From: Terriglobia bacterium
GTDB taxonomy: Bacteria; Acidobacteriota; Terriglobia; Terriglobales; Acidobacteriaceae
Assembly (NCBI GenBank): GCA_963741105.1
Contig: CAVUGT010000014.1
Span: 7,952 to 71,951, forward strand
Reading direction: 5' to 3'
DNA length: 64,000 nt
In this document: one piece after another, positions 30,947 through 39,941 of the stretch
Layout: the number at the start of each line of letters is the position of its first letter
Numbering within the stretch: position 1 is the first letter of the stretch
Notes under the pieces: generated by a model
What the model was told of the DNA's origin: nothing
Seen by the model: the letters and a program-made list of their open reading frames with translations, nothing else
Database searches by the model: none
Made by a program: the position numbers and the translations under genes

Positions 30947-32208
30947 GAGGGGTTCGGCACGGGATTCGGAAGGCGGAATTGCACCACACTGTTGGGTCGG
31001 ACCGTAACCAGCCATTCGTTGCCGTCCCTGCGATAGTACTGTCCATCCCAGCGCGCTGTGGGTCCCGCCGGACTTTCAGAAAGCTCGTCGCCGTTGACCG
31101 TTACCTGCATCTTCGCACTGCTGCCGAATCTGAGAGTGATGCTTCCATTGTAGACTTGGCGATCTAGCCGGTTGAACACTACAAAGCGCGCCCCGGTGCC
31201 TGCCGTCTTCAGCGCCTCAACCTGCGTCTGCCCGGACAAAGTGCGGTATGCATACAGCGGTCCCATTGGTACATACCAGATGTTCTCCCGGCCGCCGATG
31301 TGGGCCAGATGGCGTTCATAGAAACTTTCCGGGCCGTAGTCGAGCATCTGGGGATGTGAAAGGAAGCTGTAGATCCCGCCGCTGGCAAATACTTCGTCGA
31401 ACTTGGCATTCAACAAGGCGACGTCCGTACGCCCGGAAATCGTGACCTCGCCCTTTCCCGGAACCGTTTTCGAATAACCCTTCTGCACCACCTGGGTATA
31501 GCGTGCGGCGTAAGGATTCGAGTCGTAAGTCTGCAGGTCGGGAACGGCGTGATGGTCCAGCAATTCATTGGGATAGCCTCGCGCCGCTAAATATCCAGCC
31601 CGCGCGATCTTTTGCTGAATAAAGTCCCGGCCGGCACAGTTCCCACACGGGTAGGCCCAACTCCAGACGTAGGGCTGACTGGTGTTCTTCAGAATGTCAT
31701 CTCGCGAGCCCGCGATCTCGTCCCAGGTAAGTGCGCGGAAGCAGTAGAAAGGCGTTTCCGGGATACGGCAGGGATGTCGTCGGGAGTGCGATCCAATTTC
31801 ATGCCCGTTGGCGATTGCCTCGCGTAGACGAGGCCACAGCTTAGGCATGATCGACCGGTATCCGGTGGTGACAAAAGCTGTAGCTTTGATTCCGTGGCGG
31901 TCCATCACATCCAGACAGGGCGGCATTAACTCGTGGGAATCATCCACGGTATGGCTCACTACCGCCTTCGCGCCATTCAGATACTGGGTCTTGCCCAGAA
32001 ACTCAACCGAACCCGCTGGGCCGCCGAATTCCTTGGCACTGACTCCAAGCCGGCCCAGGGGGTCACCGGCCACGTCACCGATGGGCGAAGGTTCTGCCTG
32101 TAGCCCGGTGAAGTCCTTCCAGGAAAGGTGGCTGTTGCGGGCGGAGTGTGCAAGCGCGACCAGTTTCAATACGTTGCCAGACCGGTAGGAGTCGGCCTCT
32201 CCAAGCAC
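30943..32208 (-). CDS. Polysaccharide deacetylase (CE4 / NodB homology) with C-terminal extra domain
   Basis: NodB motif 1 SHTVDD and motif 2 HEIGSHSRRH. Start uncertain. Confidence 0.7.
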   Translation of the reverse strand: MLGEADSYRSGNVLKLVALAHSARNSHLSWKDFTGLQAEPSPIGDVAGDPLGRLGVSAKEFGGPAGSVEFLGKTQYLNGAKAVVSHTVDDSHELMPPCLDVMDRHGIKATAFVTTGYRSIMPKLWPRLREAIANGHEIGSHSRRHPCRIPETPFYCFRALTWDEIAGSRDDILKNTSQPYVWSWAYPCGNCAGRDFIQQKIARAGYLAARGYPNELLDHHAVPDLQTYDSNPYAARYTQVVQKGYSKTVPGKGEVTISGRTDVALLNAKFDEVFASGGIYSFLSHPQMLDYGPESFYERHLAHIGGRENIWYVPMGPLYAYRTLSGQTQVEALKTAGTGARFVVFNRLDRQVYNGSITLRFGSSAKMQVTVNGDELSESPAGPTARWDGQYYRRDGNEWLVTVRPNSVVQFRLPNPVPNPS

Positions 32209-32297
32209 GGAGGATTCTAGCAGACTCGCTCAAGACCGCCTTGGACGCGGGATTTAGTCTGTACCTTTGGTCCCGGCGCGCATATATTAGGCTTGCC

Positions 32298-33470
32298 ATG
32301 CGTATCACAGATGCTTCCGGCGGCTGCTGGCCGACTCCTCTTCAGGAACTGCTGCTTAAGGCAGCCCTGCTGAAGACGGATGACGCTCTGCTGGCCTGGA
32401 AGGAATGGTACGGCCAGGACGGCCTGGAGCGCATGGACAACGGTTCCTACCGCCTGCTTCCCCTGGCTTATCGCAATCTGGAGCGCCTCGGCTATCGGGA
32501 CCCGGTCCTGATGAAGCTCAAGGGAGTAAACCGCCGCGCCTGGTGCGAAAACCACTTGGTGTTCCGGCGTATGGCCCCGGTGCTGGCCGAGTTCCACAAG
32601 GCTGGTATCCCGACCATGCTGCTCAAGGGGGCAGCCCTGACCCTGCTGCACTACCGCGATTTCGGTTTGCGGCCCATGCAGGACCTCGATGTACTGGTTC
32701 CGGATGAGCAAGCGCTGGACGCGGTCGCTCTGCTCCAGGCCCAAGGCTGGACACGCAACACCTTGCCGGCGGTTGCCCTGGGGAAGTTCTTCCTTTCGTT
32801 CCGCCACTCCGCCGACTTTACCCGCCAGCCGCAGGAGCGTATCGACCTGCACTGGCACGTCCTTCTTCAGGCCTGCTACAGCGGTGCCGACCGGACTTTC
32901 TGGGACGCTTCCGTCCCGGTGGAGTTTGAAGGGCAGCCGACTCGCGCCCTCTGCCCCACCGATCAGTTGCTGCATGCTTGCGTTCACGGCGTGGTCTGGA
33001 ATTGGGTTCCGCCCTTGCGCTGGGTAGCGGACGCCTTCTGCATTCTCGAATCCTCAACGATTGACTGGCTCCGCCTGCTCGATATCGCCGTCCAGTTCAG
33101 GGTTGTTCCCGCGTTGCGCGATGCCTTGACCTATATGGTCAAGTCAGTCGACGCGCCGATTCCCGTGGAAGTGCTGCAGAAATTGCAATCCCTGCCGGTC
33201 ACCCCGGCGGAGCAGCACGAGTATCAGTACTACATGAAGCAACTGGACTCGCCCGGAGTCAGCCAGACCGTGCGTGCGCTATATCCCCAATATCAGCGCA
33301 CCGTGAAAGGGAAGAGTCTGGTCAGTCGAGTGGCGGCCATCCCGCTCTTCCTCCAGCACTATTGGAACCTCGAAGGACGGCGCGGGACGATCTCAAGAGC
33401 GTTCAATTATGGAGTCAAACGGATGCGACTGCTCTGGTCAGGGCGACGCCTGCAGGCTCGAATGCTCTAG
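32298..33470 (+). CDS. Nucleotidyltransferase family protein (Pfam NTP_transf_5-type)
   Basis: MLLKGAALTLLHYRDFGLRPMQDLDVLV...IDLHWHVL matches the remembered signature of the uncharacterised nucleotidyltransferase family. ATG at 32298 inside ORF 32148..33470. Confidence 0.8.
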   Translation: MRITDASGGCWPTPLQELLLKAALLKTDDALLAWKEWYGQDGLERMDNGSYRLLPLAYRNLERLGYRDPVLMKLKGVNRRAWCENHLVFRRMAPVLAEFHKAGIPTMLLKGAALTLLHYRDFGLRPMQDLDVLVPDEQALDAVALLQAQGWTRNTLPAVALGKFFLSFRHSADFTRQPQERIDLHWHVLLQACYSGADRTFWDASVPVEFEGQPTRALCPTDQLLHACVHGVVWNWVPPLRWVADAFCILESSTIDWLRLLDIAVQFRVVPALRDALTYMVKSVDAPIPVEVLQKLQSLPVTPAEQHEYQYYMKQLDSPGVSQTVRALYPQYQRTVKGKSLVSRVAAIPLFLQHYWNLEGRRGTISRAFNYGVKRMRLLWSGRRLQARML

Positions 33471-34153
33471 GTTTCTGTTTGGTTCTTGGCTTTGCGACGC
33501 CGTTCCATGGCCATCCTCATGATCCGGGGGTATTCGCTCCGCGCGTCGCGTTGGCGTATCCCCATGTTGGTCTCGTGGATTCGCCGCCTGGCCACCACAT
33601 CCGGAAGCATGACTGTCTTCAAGGGGAGTTCGGTTGCCCGAATATACCAATCAATAAAATCGCCGGTCTTCCACTGCGGGTCGAAGAGTCCAACCCGAAA
33701 CAGCGCGCTTCGCCTGACCAGCACTGTAATCTTCAGATAACCCTCGAAGATTCCCAGCGACACAGGGGCAGTATTCGGACCCGTCTCCCGAAACTGCTCG
33801 ACGTTTCCCATCACCATGTCCAACTCCGGATTACGGGTGAAGGCGTCAAGTTCCAGCTTGAGTTTTCCTTCTGTCCACAAGTCGTCGGAATCGAGGAATG
33901 CGATGAATTCACCCTTGGCCTTCGAGAGTCCATGGTTAAGGGCCGTGGCCACTCCGGCGTTTTCCTGGAAGTAATATTCCACCTGCGGAAAACTGCGGGC
34001 CACAGTCGCACTGCCGTCGGTGGACCCGTCATCCACCACGATGATCTGCATCGGCTCGTAGTTCTGCGCCAGGATGCTCTCGATGGCAGCGCCCAGATAT
34101 TTTTCGCAATTGAACAACGGAATGACCGTGCTGATCAGTGGAGCTTCCGTCAT
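33467..34153 (-). CDS. Glycosyltransferase family 2
   Basis: VIPLFNCEKYL, VVDDGSTDGS and FLDSDD motifs. 228 aa. Confidence 0.85.
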   Translation of the reverse strand: MTEAPLISTVIPLFNCEKYLGAAIESILAQNYEPMQIIVVDDGSTDGSATVARSFPQVEYYFQENAGVATALNHGLSKAKGEFIAFLDSDDLWTEGKLKLELDAFTRNPELDMVMGNVEQFRETGPNTAPVSLGIFEGYLKITVLVRRSALFRVGLFDPQWKTGDFIDWYIRATELPLKTVMLPDVVARRRIHETNMGIRQRDARSEYPRIMRMAMERRRKAKNQTET

Positions 34154-34180
34154 AAGTTGGCCTGCTTTAGATCGACAGCA

Positions 34181-35476
34181 TCATGAACGCAATAACCGAA
34201 GGCATTCCAGCAAGGAATGAACTTCGTGTGATGGCTCCTTCCACGGCGTGGCTTTTGCCGACCTCCATCGCCGCGGCCGCGAATCTTTTCCCACCCACAG
34301 CCATCCGCCCCGCCTCGCGTCAATCATGTGTTCCTTGATGTAAGACCACAACTGGTGGAAGCTTTGCCGGTAGTTTCGTTCGTCGTCCGGATACAGCAGC
34401 GCCATCCTCAGCAGTGCTCTCATACCTTCGGCCTGGGGCCACCAGAACTTCGTGTCGATAAAAACAACAATGTCTTCCAGGTGGGTGGGGCCGAAAGTGG
34501 AACCACCGTAGAAAAACCCTCCTCGCGAGTTGTCCCAACCATATTGCAAAACCGTGTCCACCACGGATTTGACGACATCGCGTGTCTTCGTATCCGACTC
34601 CAGGCACGGCAACCGGGACGCCTTGGCCAGAATATTGGAAGTATTGATTCCGTATGAATATCGGGCAATATCGGGCACGGGGGTCCAGTTGGGCAGAAAA
34701 TACATGTGCACCGCCCCGGGCGGCACAACCATGATGTCCCGCACTATGTGGAGCATCTCTAACAATCTCACCTTTAGCTGCTCGTCCGGTGAAACCCGGT
34801 ACAAATCGACCATCGTCTCCAGCATGTCGCCATTTGTGTTCGCGTCTTTGAACCCCAATGGGGTTCCGATGCAATCACGCACCAGGTTCGGGATGGGGCA
34901 CTGCTCGCGAGAAAGAATCGGCATCCCCTCTCGGGTGTAGAGAGCGTAGTAACCGCCATACTCGTAGTCGTGGCCCGCTTTTTCCAACCATCGAAGGGCT
35001 TCTTGCGCCAGCGTGAGGGCTTGCGGATCCGAGGTAAGTTCGTAATACGCGATATACCCCGCTATGCCGTAACTGGCGCCGTGTCCATGTTTGGTGCCTG
35101 CTTCAAGAGGACTGCCCGAACGGTCCAGCAAGCGATACCAGCCCCCGAACTCACGGTCCCACATGACATCGCGGAGGTACTGAAAACCGTGGGTGGCGTA
35201 TTGACGATAACTCTCGAAGCGAGGATGAGCCGCCGCCCGCGAGATCAGCCGCAACATGCGGGTCTGATACTCCAGCATCTTGAGCTGAGGTCCGCGCGGC
35301 CTCCAGCGATAGTCGAAGTCGGAAAGAAAGCCGCCATGTTCCTGATCTACACAGCGGGGAAACCAGGTTTCAAGGATCTTGGCCAGCGCGTCCTCAAGCT
35401 CGCCGGCCAGGATATCTTTGGCAGCCATATCCAGAGACTGCCCGTTCCACGCCGGTTTTGCCTCATCTTTATTCAT
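34181..35476 (-). CDS. AGE-family epimerase/isomerase (N-acylglucosamine 2-epimerase-like)
   Basis: 431 aa, alpha/alpha-barrel-like repeats with D.EHGGF, Y.Q.R..., W.QAE and GGW motifs typical of the AGE family. Confidence 0.8.
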   Translation of the reverse strand: MNKDEAKPAWNGQSLDMAAKDILAGELEDALAKILETWFPRCVDQEHGGFLSDFDYRWRPRGPQLKMLEYQTRMLRLISRAAAHPRFESYRQYATHGFQYLRDVMWDREFGGWYRLLDRSGSPLEAGTKHGHGASYGIAGYIAYYELTSDPQALTLAQEALRWLEKAGHDYEYGGYYALYTREGMPILSREQCPIPNLVRDCIGTPLGFKDANTNGDMLETMVDLYRVSPDEQLKVRLLEMLHIVRDIMVVPPGAVHMYFLPNWTPVPDIARYSYGINTSNILAKASRLPCLESDTKTRDVVKSVVDTVLQYGWDNSRGGFFYGGSTFGPTHLEDIVVFIDTKFWWPQAEGMRALLRMALLYPDDERNYRQSFHQLWSYIKEHMIDARRGGWLWVGKDSRPRRWRSAKATPWKEPSHEVHSLLECLRLLRS

Positions 35477-35612
35477 TCAACCACCCCGCAGAGTATAGGA
35501 CGACATGCTGGATCAGCGTAATATTTCTCGTTCGACACGTAGGCCCGACCAGTTGCGTCATTAAGATCTTCGCGGAGAGCCTGGCCTACAGCTGAGAGAA
35601 GCCACAAGAGTC

Positions 35613-37526
35613 ATGGAAGTTCAGCAGCGCACTTACGAACAGTGGATCAGCCTCTCAGCGACGGTTGTGCTGCTCGCAACCACGATCATCTCGTTGATTT
35701 GGTATGGCCGCATTACTAGCGCAAAGCTGGCCTTCTCCCACTCGTTCACGATTGTTGTCGCCGCGGAACTTGCGGTTTCCATCGTTCTTCTGCGTCATCG
35801 CGCACTCAACGTTTTGAGGGCTTTCTTCACTTCTGTAACTCATCCCTTGAACCTTGCCCTGTTCCGGGTCGTTGTTTTCTGGGGGATATTCAGCGAAGTG
35901 CGTCTCGCAACCAGAACGATAGTCTCGTTCACCAGGATTCCAACTGGACTGCAAGTCGCCCCCTGGGGGATGGGAACATTCCTGCACTATCTGCCGATCA
36001 ACCAACGATGGGCCACAACGGCCGCGATGCTGGTGCTGATATTCAGCGCAACGGGATTGATCGGATTACTTTCCAGAACGTCAGCGCTGTTGTGCTTTGT
36101 CTTTGGTCTCTATGCTCTCGGCATCCCTCAGTTTTACGGCAAGGTCAATCATTACAACCACCTGATGTGGTTCGCTGCGATCCTGGCCGTCAGCCCCTGT
36201 GGAGACTTTCTCGCCCTTGACGCAATATTCGCAGCGCGAAGACGGGCGAACCGCGGGATTACCGCACCTCCTGAACCGTCCCGGGAATATGCGTTGCCGC
36301 TTCGATTCGTGATGCTGCTGGTCGGAATCATCTACTTTTTTCCCGGTTGTTGGAAACTGTGGGATGGCGGCCTTGAATGGGTCTTCAGTGACAATTTACA
36401 GAAGCAGCTCTATCTGTTTTGGACCTGGTCTTTCAATAGTACGTGGCTGCCTTCGTTCAGGATCGACCAATATCCCCTCTTGTGCAGGCTGGGGGCAGCG
36501 GGCGCGCTTCTTTTTGAATTGCTTTTCATCTTCGGAATATTTTCCCGCCGGTTCCGTCAGCTTGCAGCCGTCGCTGGGATCGCCTTCCACAGGATGACAC
36601 TGGCGTTCATGCGCATCGGCTTTTTCAGCCTGCAATGGTCATACGTTGCGCTCTTCGACTGGAGTGCGGTTTTCCGTAGGATCGGACGCTGGCTCTACCG
36701 CGATGACATGTTCTTCCTTTACGACGGCGATTGCGCGAAATGCCGCCGGACCGTCGCATCGCTGAGAGTTTGCGACATTTTCGAGCGCGTCACCTATCTC
36801 AATATTCGCGACCGGGTCGCGGTCCGCGATGCCGGCGCGAACTGTGTGAACGCTGACCTGATGAAAGCACACGTTTACGCAGCGGTCCAAAAAACTGGCT
36901 GGGCCGGATTTCAGGCATATGGAGCGTTGGCTCGACGCATACCGCTTGTTTGGCCTTTCATTCCTATTCTGTATCCCATCCTGTATTCCTTGCCCTCAGG
37001 TATTGGACACGGCATTCATCGACAGACATCGGACACACGGGCTCACGGAGTGGCTGGCAGGGGGGCGGTCCTGACGAAGTCGGAAGGTATACACGCCCGA
37101 TTATCCGGCATCGTCGCGGTGGGCACCGCCTTAGTACTAATCTGCTCGTTTTGCGGCGCTCGCAAGATTGTTTCCGGCTGGCCTTTCGCCTGCTACCCAA
37201 CTTTTTCGTTGCCCGCCGCGGACAAACTGGAAACGCTGGGGATGGTCGCGACCACCTCTTCGGGAGAAACTTTCCCGGTGGAGATCAAAGCCATAAGCTA
37301 TGAGCGTTTGTATTGGTTGTTGTCAGGCATTCTCGCGACCAGAGATCCATTGCTCCAGCAGAATCGTCTTCGAGAACTTTGGACTTTCGCTGTCCGGAGC
37401 GATCCGACGTTCCAAAAAGCCATCTCCGTCAAGTTTTTGAGGCAGACCCTGTGGACGAATCCTGATTTATGGAAGAGTAACCCTGTCGACCAGAATCTGT
37501 TGTTCGAGCTCGATTCCGCGCCCTAG
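35613..37526 (+). CDS. Fusion protein: HTTM (vitamin-K-carboxylase/SdpB-like) membrane domain + DCC-family thiol-disulfide oxidoreductase domain + C-terminal domain
   Basis: N-terminal multi-pass region with HPLNLALFRVVVFWGIF (HTTM-type start). Central FFLYDGDCAKCRRTVASLRVCD...YLNIRD (DCC/DUF393 CxxC). Then one more TM and a ~130-aa tail. Confidence 0.8.
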   Translation: MEVQQRTYEQWISLSATVVLLATTIISLIWYGRITSAKLAFSHSFTIVVAAELAVSIVLLRHRALNVLRAFFTSVTHPLNLALFRVVVFWGIFSEVRLATRTIVSFTRIPTGLQVAPWGMGTFLHYLPINQRWATTAAMLVLIFSATGLIGLLSRTSALLCFVFGLYALGIPQFYGKVNHYNHLMWFAAILAVSPCGDFLALDAIFAARRRANRGITAPPEPSREYALPLRFVMLLVGIIYFFPGCWKLWDGGLEWVFSDNLQKQLYLFWTWSFNSTWLPSFRIDQYPLLCRLGAAGALLFELLFIFGIFSRRFRQLAAVAGIAFHRMTLAFMRIGFFSLQWSYVALFDWSAVFRRIGRWLYRDDMFFLYDGDCAKCRRTVASLRVCDIFERVTYLNIRDRVAVRDAGANCVNADLMKAHVYAAVQKTGWAGFQAYGALARRIPLVWPFIPILYPILYSLPSGIGHGIHRQTSDTRAHGVAGRGAVLTKSEGIHARLSGIVAVGTALVLICSFCGARKIVSGWPFACYPTFSLPAADKLETLGMVATTSSGETFPVEIKAISYERLYWLLSGILATRDPLLQQNRLRELWTFAVRSDPTFQKAISVKFLRQTLWTNPDLWKSNPVDQNLLFELDSAP

Positions 37527-37630
37527 TTGGGTATGCAGGGTTGCAATCCCTTGCACACCTTCCGGTCGTGCCAAAACCCTTGTGCAGCGCGCCTTGCGCG
37601 GCCTTATTCCCGGTGATAAACTCCGTCGTC

Positions 37631-38071
37631 ATGGCCCTTTATCAGGTAAATCGGCCCGATGTCGTAATGGAATCTTTCGGCGGGGAGACCGTCCTCGTCC
37701 AGATGAAGAGCGGCAATTACTACAGCCTGCGGGGGTCCGCTCCGCTGATCTGGGACTTGATTGACCAGGGCTCCTCGGTCGAAGATGCCGGCGACTTTTT
37801 GCTCGCCAGCCACGTCGGGAACGAAGAAGAAGTCAGGAGCTCGGTGCGAACCCTGGTGGACGAATTGGTAGCCGAGAGCTTGATCGTGCCGGTGGCGAGC
37901 GCTCCCTCCGCGGCCTCCAGCAAGTCACCATCTCCCATGGAACCAGGCGCGCCCTTCGAGCTTCCAGTGCTCGAGCGCTACACGGACATGCAGGAGTTGT
38001 TGTTTCTCGATCCCATCCATGATGTGGACGAATCGGGCTGGCCCCACCGCAAGGTTGAGGGTGAAAACTAG
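37631..38071 (+). CDS. PqqD-family peptide-binding (RRE-type) protein
   Basis: From the ATG at 37631: ...VVMESFGGETVLVQMKSGNYYSLRGSAPLIWDLIDQGSSVEDAGDFL...VRTLVDELVAESLIV is the PqqD winged-helix pattern. A ~50-aa C-terminal tail follows. Confidence 0.8.
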   Translation: MALYQVNRPDVVMESFGGETVLVQMKSGNYYSLRGSAPLIWDLIDQGSSVEDAGDFLLASHVGNEEEVRSSVRTLVDELVAESLIVPVASAPSAASSKSPSPMEPGAPFELPVLERYTDMQELLFLDPIHDVDESGWPHRKVEGEN

Positions 38072-38073
38072 GA

Positions 38074-39156
38074 ATGGACTTTACAGTGTCGGAGGAACGG
38101 CAGCCTGATTCTGCCGGCGGTTCTCCCCCCGACCCGGCTGGATTTTTCGATGCCGTCCTTAATGTCTTTCAGCAAGCCTCCGCCGGACGACTCATCGAGC
38201 ATCACTACCGGATCGGTGGAAAAGCCGTGCTCATGCGCTTTGCCGGCGCCGCCATGGCCGACCGCTTCTCTCCCGCCATCGGACATCTTTCCGAGACATT
38301 TCACGTCGAGCCTGACCTGACCGTACATTTCTTTGATGACCGCTCAACTGGCGCGCGCATGCCCCCCGCACCATGGCCGCCCGAGGCGCCTGGACCGCGC
38401 GGCGTCGTTCAGGGCTACAACGATGATCGCTTTTTTACGATCTTCGAATCCGACATCCTGCAGATGTTCGATGCCAGGCAGAACGCGGGCATTTACTGGA
38501 TACGAGACTACGAGTGGCTCCCCTACTGGGAAAATAGCTTTCCCATGCGATCCATCCTGCACTGGCGCTTCCGCCATGAACCGCTGCAAGCCATTCATGC
38601 CGGAGCGGTTGGGAATGCTTCCGGCGGCGTTCTGATTGCCGGCAAGAGTGGTTCGGGGAAATCCACGACTACGCTGGCGTGTCTGTCCTCAGGCCTGCTG
38701 TATGCGGGGGACGATTACGTACTCGCGGATATCGCCGGCGAACCCTACGTTCACAGTCTGTATTCAACCGCCAAACTTGTTCCCGACAATTGCGACCGCT
38801 TCCCCCAACTCAGACCCCTGGTTTCGAATCCCGACAAACTGGACGAGGAGAAAGCTCTCATTTATCTGCGAGAGCACTTTCCCGCCAGCATTGTCCGCGG
38901 CCTGCCTCTCCGCGCCATTCTGTTGCCCCGGGTGACCGGACTGCCCGACACGAAACTGGTCAAGGCAGGCGCCATGGATGCCTTTCGCGCCATCGCTCCG
39001 ACAACTCTTCTGCATCTGGCCCGTGCCACCGACGAAGCCTCCCGCAAGATCAGCGCTCTTTGCCGTTCCCTGCCGGTCTACTGGATCGATGCCGGTACGG
39101 ACCTGCCCCAGATTCCCCGAGTCATCACTGAGTTCCTGGAACGCGGTGCGCGATGA
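38074..39156 (+). CDS. HprK-related serine kinase-like P-loop protein
   Basis: HAGAVGNASGGVLIAGKSGSGKSTTTLACLSSGLLYAGDDYVL matches the HPr kinase C-terminal-domain signature. Starts 2 nt after the PqqD stop. Confidence 0.8.
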   Translation: MDFTVSEERQPDSAGGSPPDPAGFFDAVLNVFQQASAGRLIEHHYRIGGKAVLMRFAGAAMADRFSPAIGHLSETFHVEPDLTVHFFDDRSTGARMPPAPWPPEAPGPRGVVQGYNDDRFFTIFESDILQMFDARQNAGIYWIRDYEWLPYWENSFPMRSILHWRFRHEPLQAIHAGAVGNASGGVLIAGKSGSGKSTTTLACLSSGLLYAGDDYVLADIAGEPYVHSLYSTAKLVPDNCDRFPQLRPLVSNPDKLDEEKALIYLREHFPASIVRGLPLRAILLPRVTGLPDTKLVKAGAMDAFRAIAPTTLLHLARATDEASRKISALCRSLPVYWIDAGTDLPQIPRVITEFLERGAR

Positions 39157-39941
39157 CGGGCGTCGAAAATCTGGTAAGCGTAATTGTCCCTGCCTACAAC
39201 GCGGCATCGTTCCTTCCAAAGGCAATAGCGAGTATCGATCGTCAGGGCTATCATCCTCTTGAGATCATCGTGGTGGACGACGGTTCGACCGACAATACAG
39301 CCGAGGTCGTGCGCAGTCTGCCCAGCGTGACCCACTATTTTCATCAGGAAAATAAGGGACCGGCGGCGGCGCGCAATCTCGCTCTGAAGCAGGCCGGGGG
39401 CGAGTTCATCGCGTTCCTGGACTCCGACGATGAGTGGCCCGCCGGCAAACTCGAACTGCAACTCGGACGCTTCCAGACCGAACCTCGCCTCGAAGTGGTG
39501 CTGGGCCGGATTCAGTACATTTCGTTGCCTGGAGCTCTGGAGTTGGATCTCCCGTTTGAGACTGAGGACCGCATTCTTACCCACGTCCATCTCGGCAGTG
39601 GTGTCTATCGTAAGTCGGTTTTTGACCGCGTCGGTCTTTTTGAAGAGAGCCTGCGCTTCAGTGAAGACGTAGACTGGTTCATGCGTGCGCGCGAAGAAGA
39701 CATCTCTATGGTCATCCTGCGAAATGTCACGCTGCTCTACCAGCTTCACGCCGGCAATATGACCCGCGAGATGACCTCTAAGAGCTGGAACATGGGAATT
39801 GTGATCAAACGTTCCCTGGAGCGTCGCCGCAGCCGCGGCACCGGCCGCCCGATCCAGTTGAAGCCTTGGTCTTTTTACGATGAAACCGGACGGACCCGGG
39901 CTTCTTTCCCAGACAATGCCCCGGGCAAGCCTGCGATATGA
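39153..39941 (+). CDS. Glycosyltransferase family 2
   Basis: VIVPAYNAASFL, VVDDGSTDNT and FLDSDDEW motifs. ATGA overlaps with both neighbours. Confidence 0.85.
   Translation: MTGVENLVSVIVPAYNAASFLPKAIASIDRQGYHPLEIIVVDDGSTDNTAEVVRSLPSVTHYFHQENKGPAAARNLALKQAGGEFIAFLDSDDEWPAGKLELQLGRFQTEPRLEVVLGRIQYISLPGALELDLPFETEDRILTHVHLGSGVYRKSVFDRVGLFEESLRFSEDVDWFMRAREEDISMVILRNVTLLYQLHAGNMTREMTSKSWNMGIVIKRSLERRRSRGTGRPIQLKPWSFYDETGRTRASFPDNAPGKPAI

Noticed and set aside
37541-37630. TTG-initiated 30-aa N-terminal extension of the PqqD protein (MQSLAHLPVVPKPLCSAPCAALFPVINSVV).
   Set aside because: The PqqD fold begins right after the ATG at 37631 and the extension has no family support. It is kept only as an alternative that would compete with the micro-ORF hypothesis.
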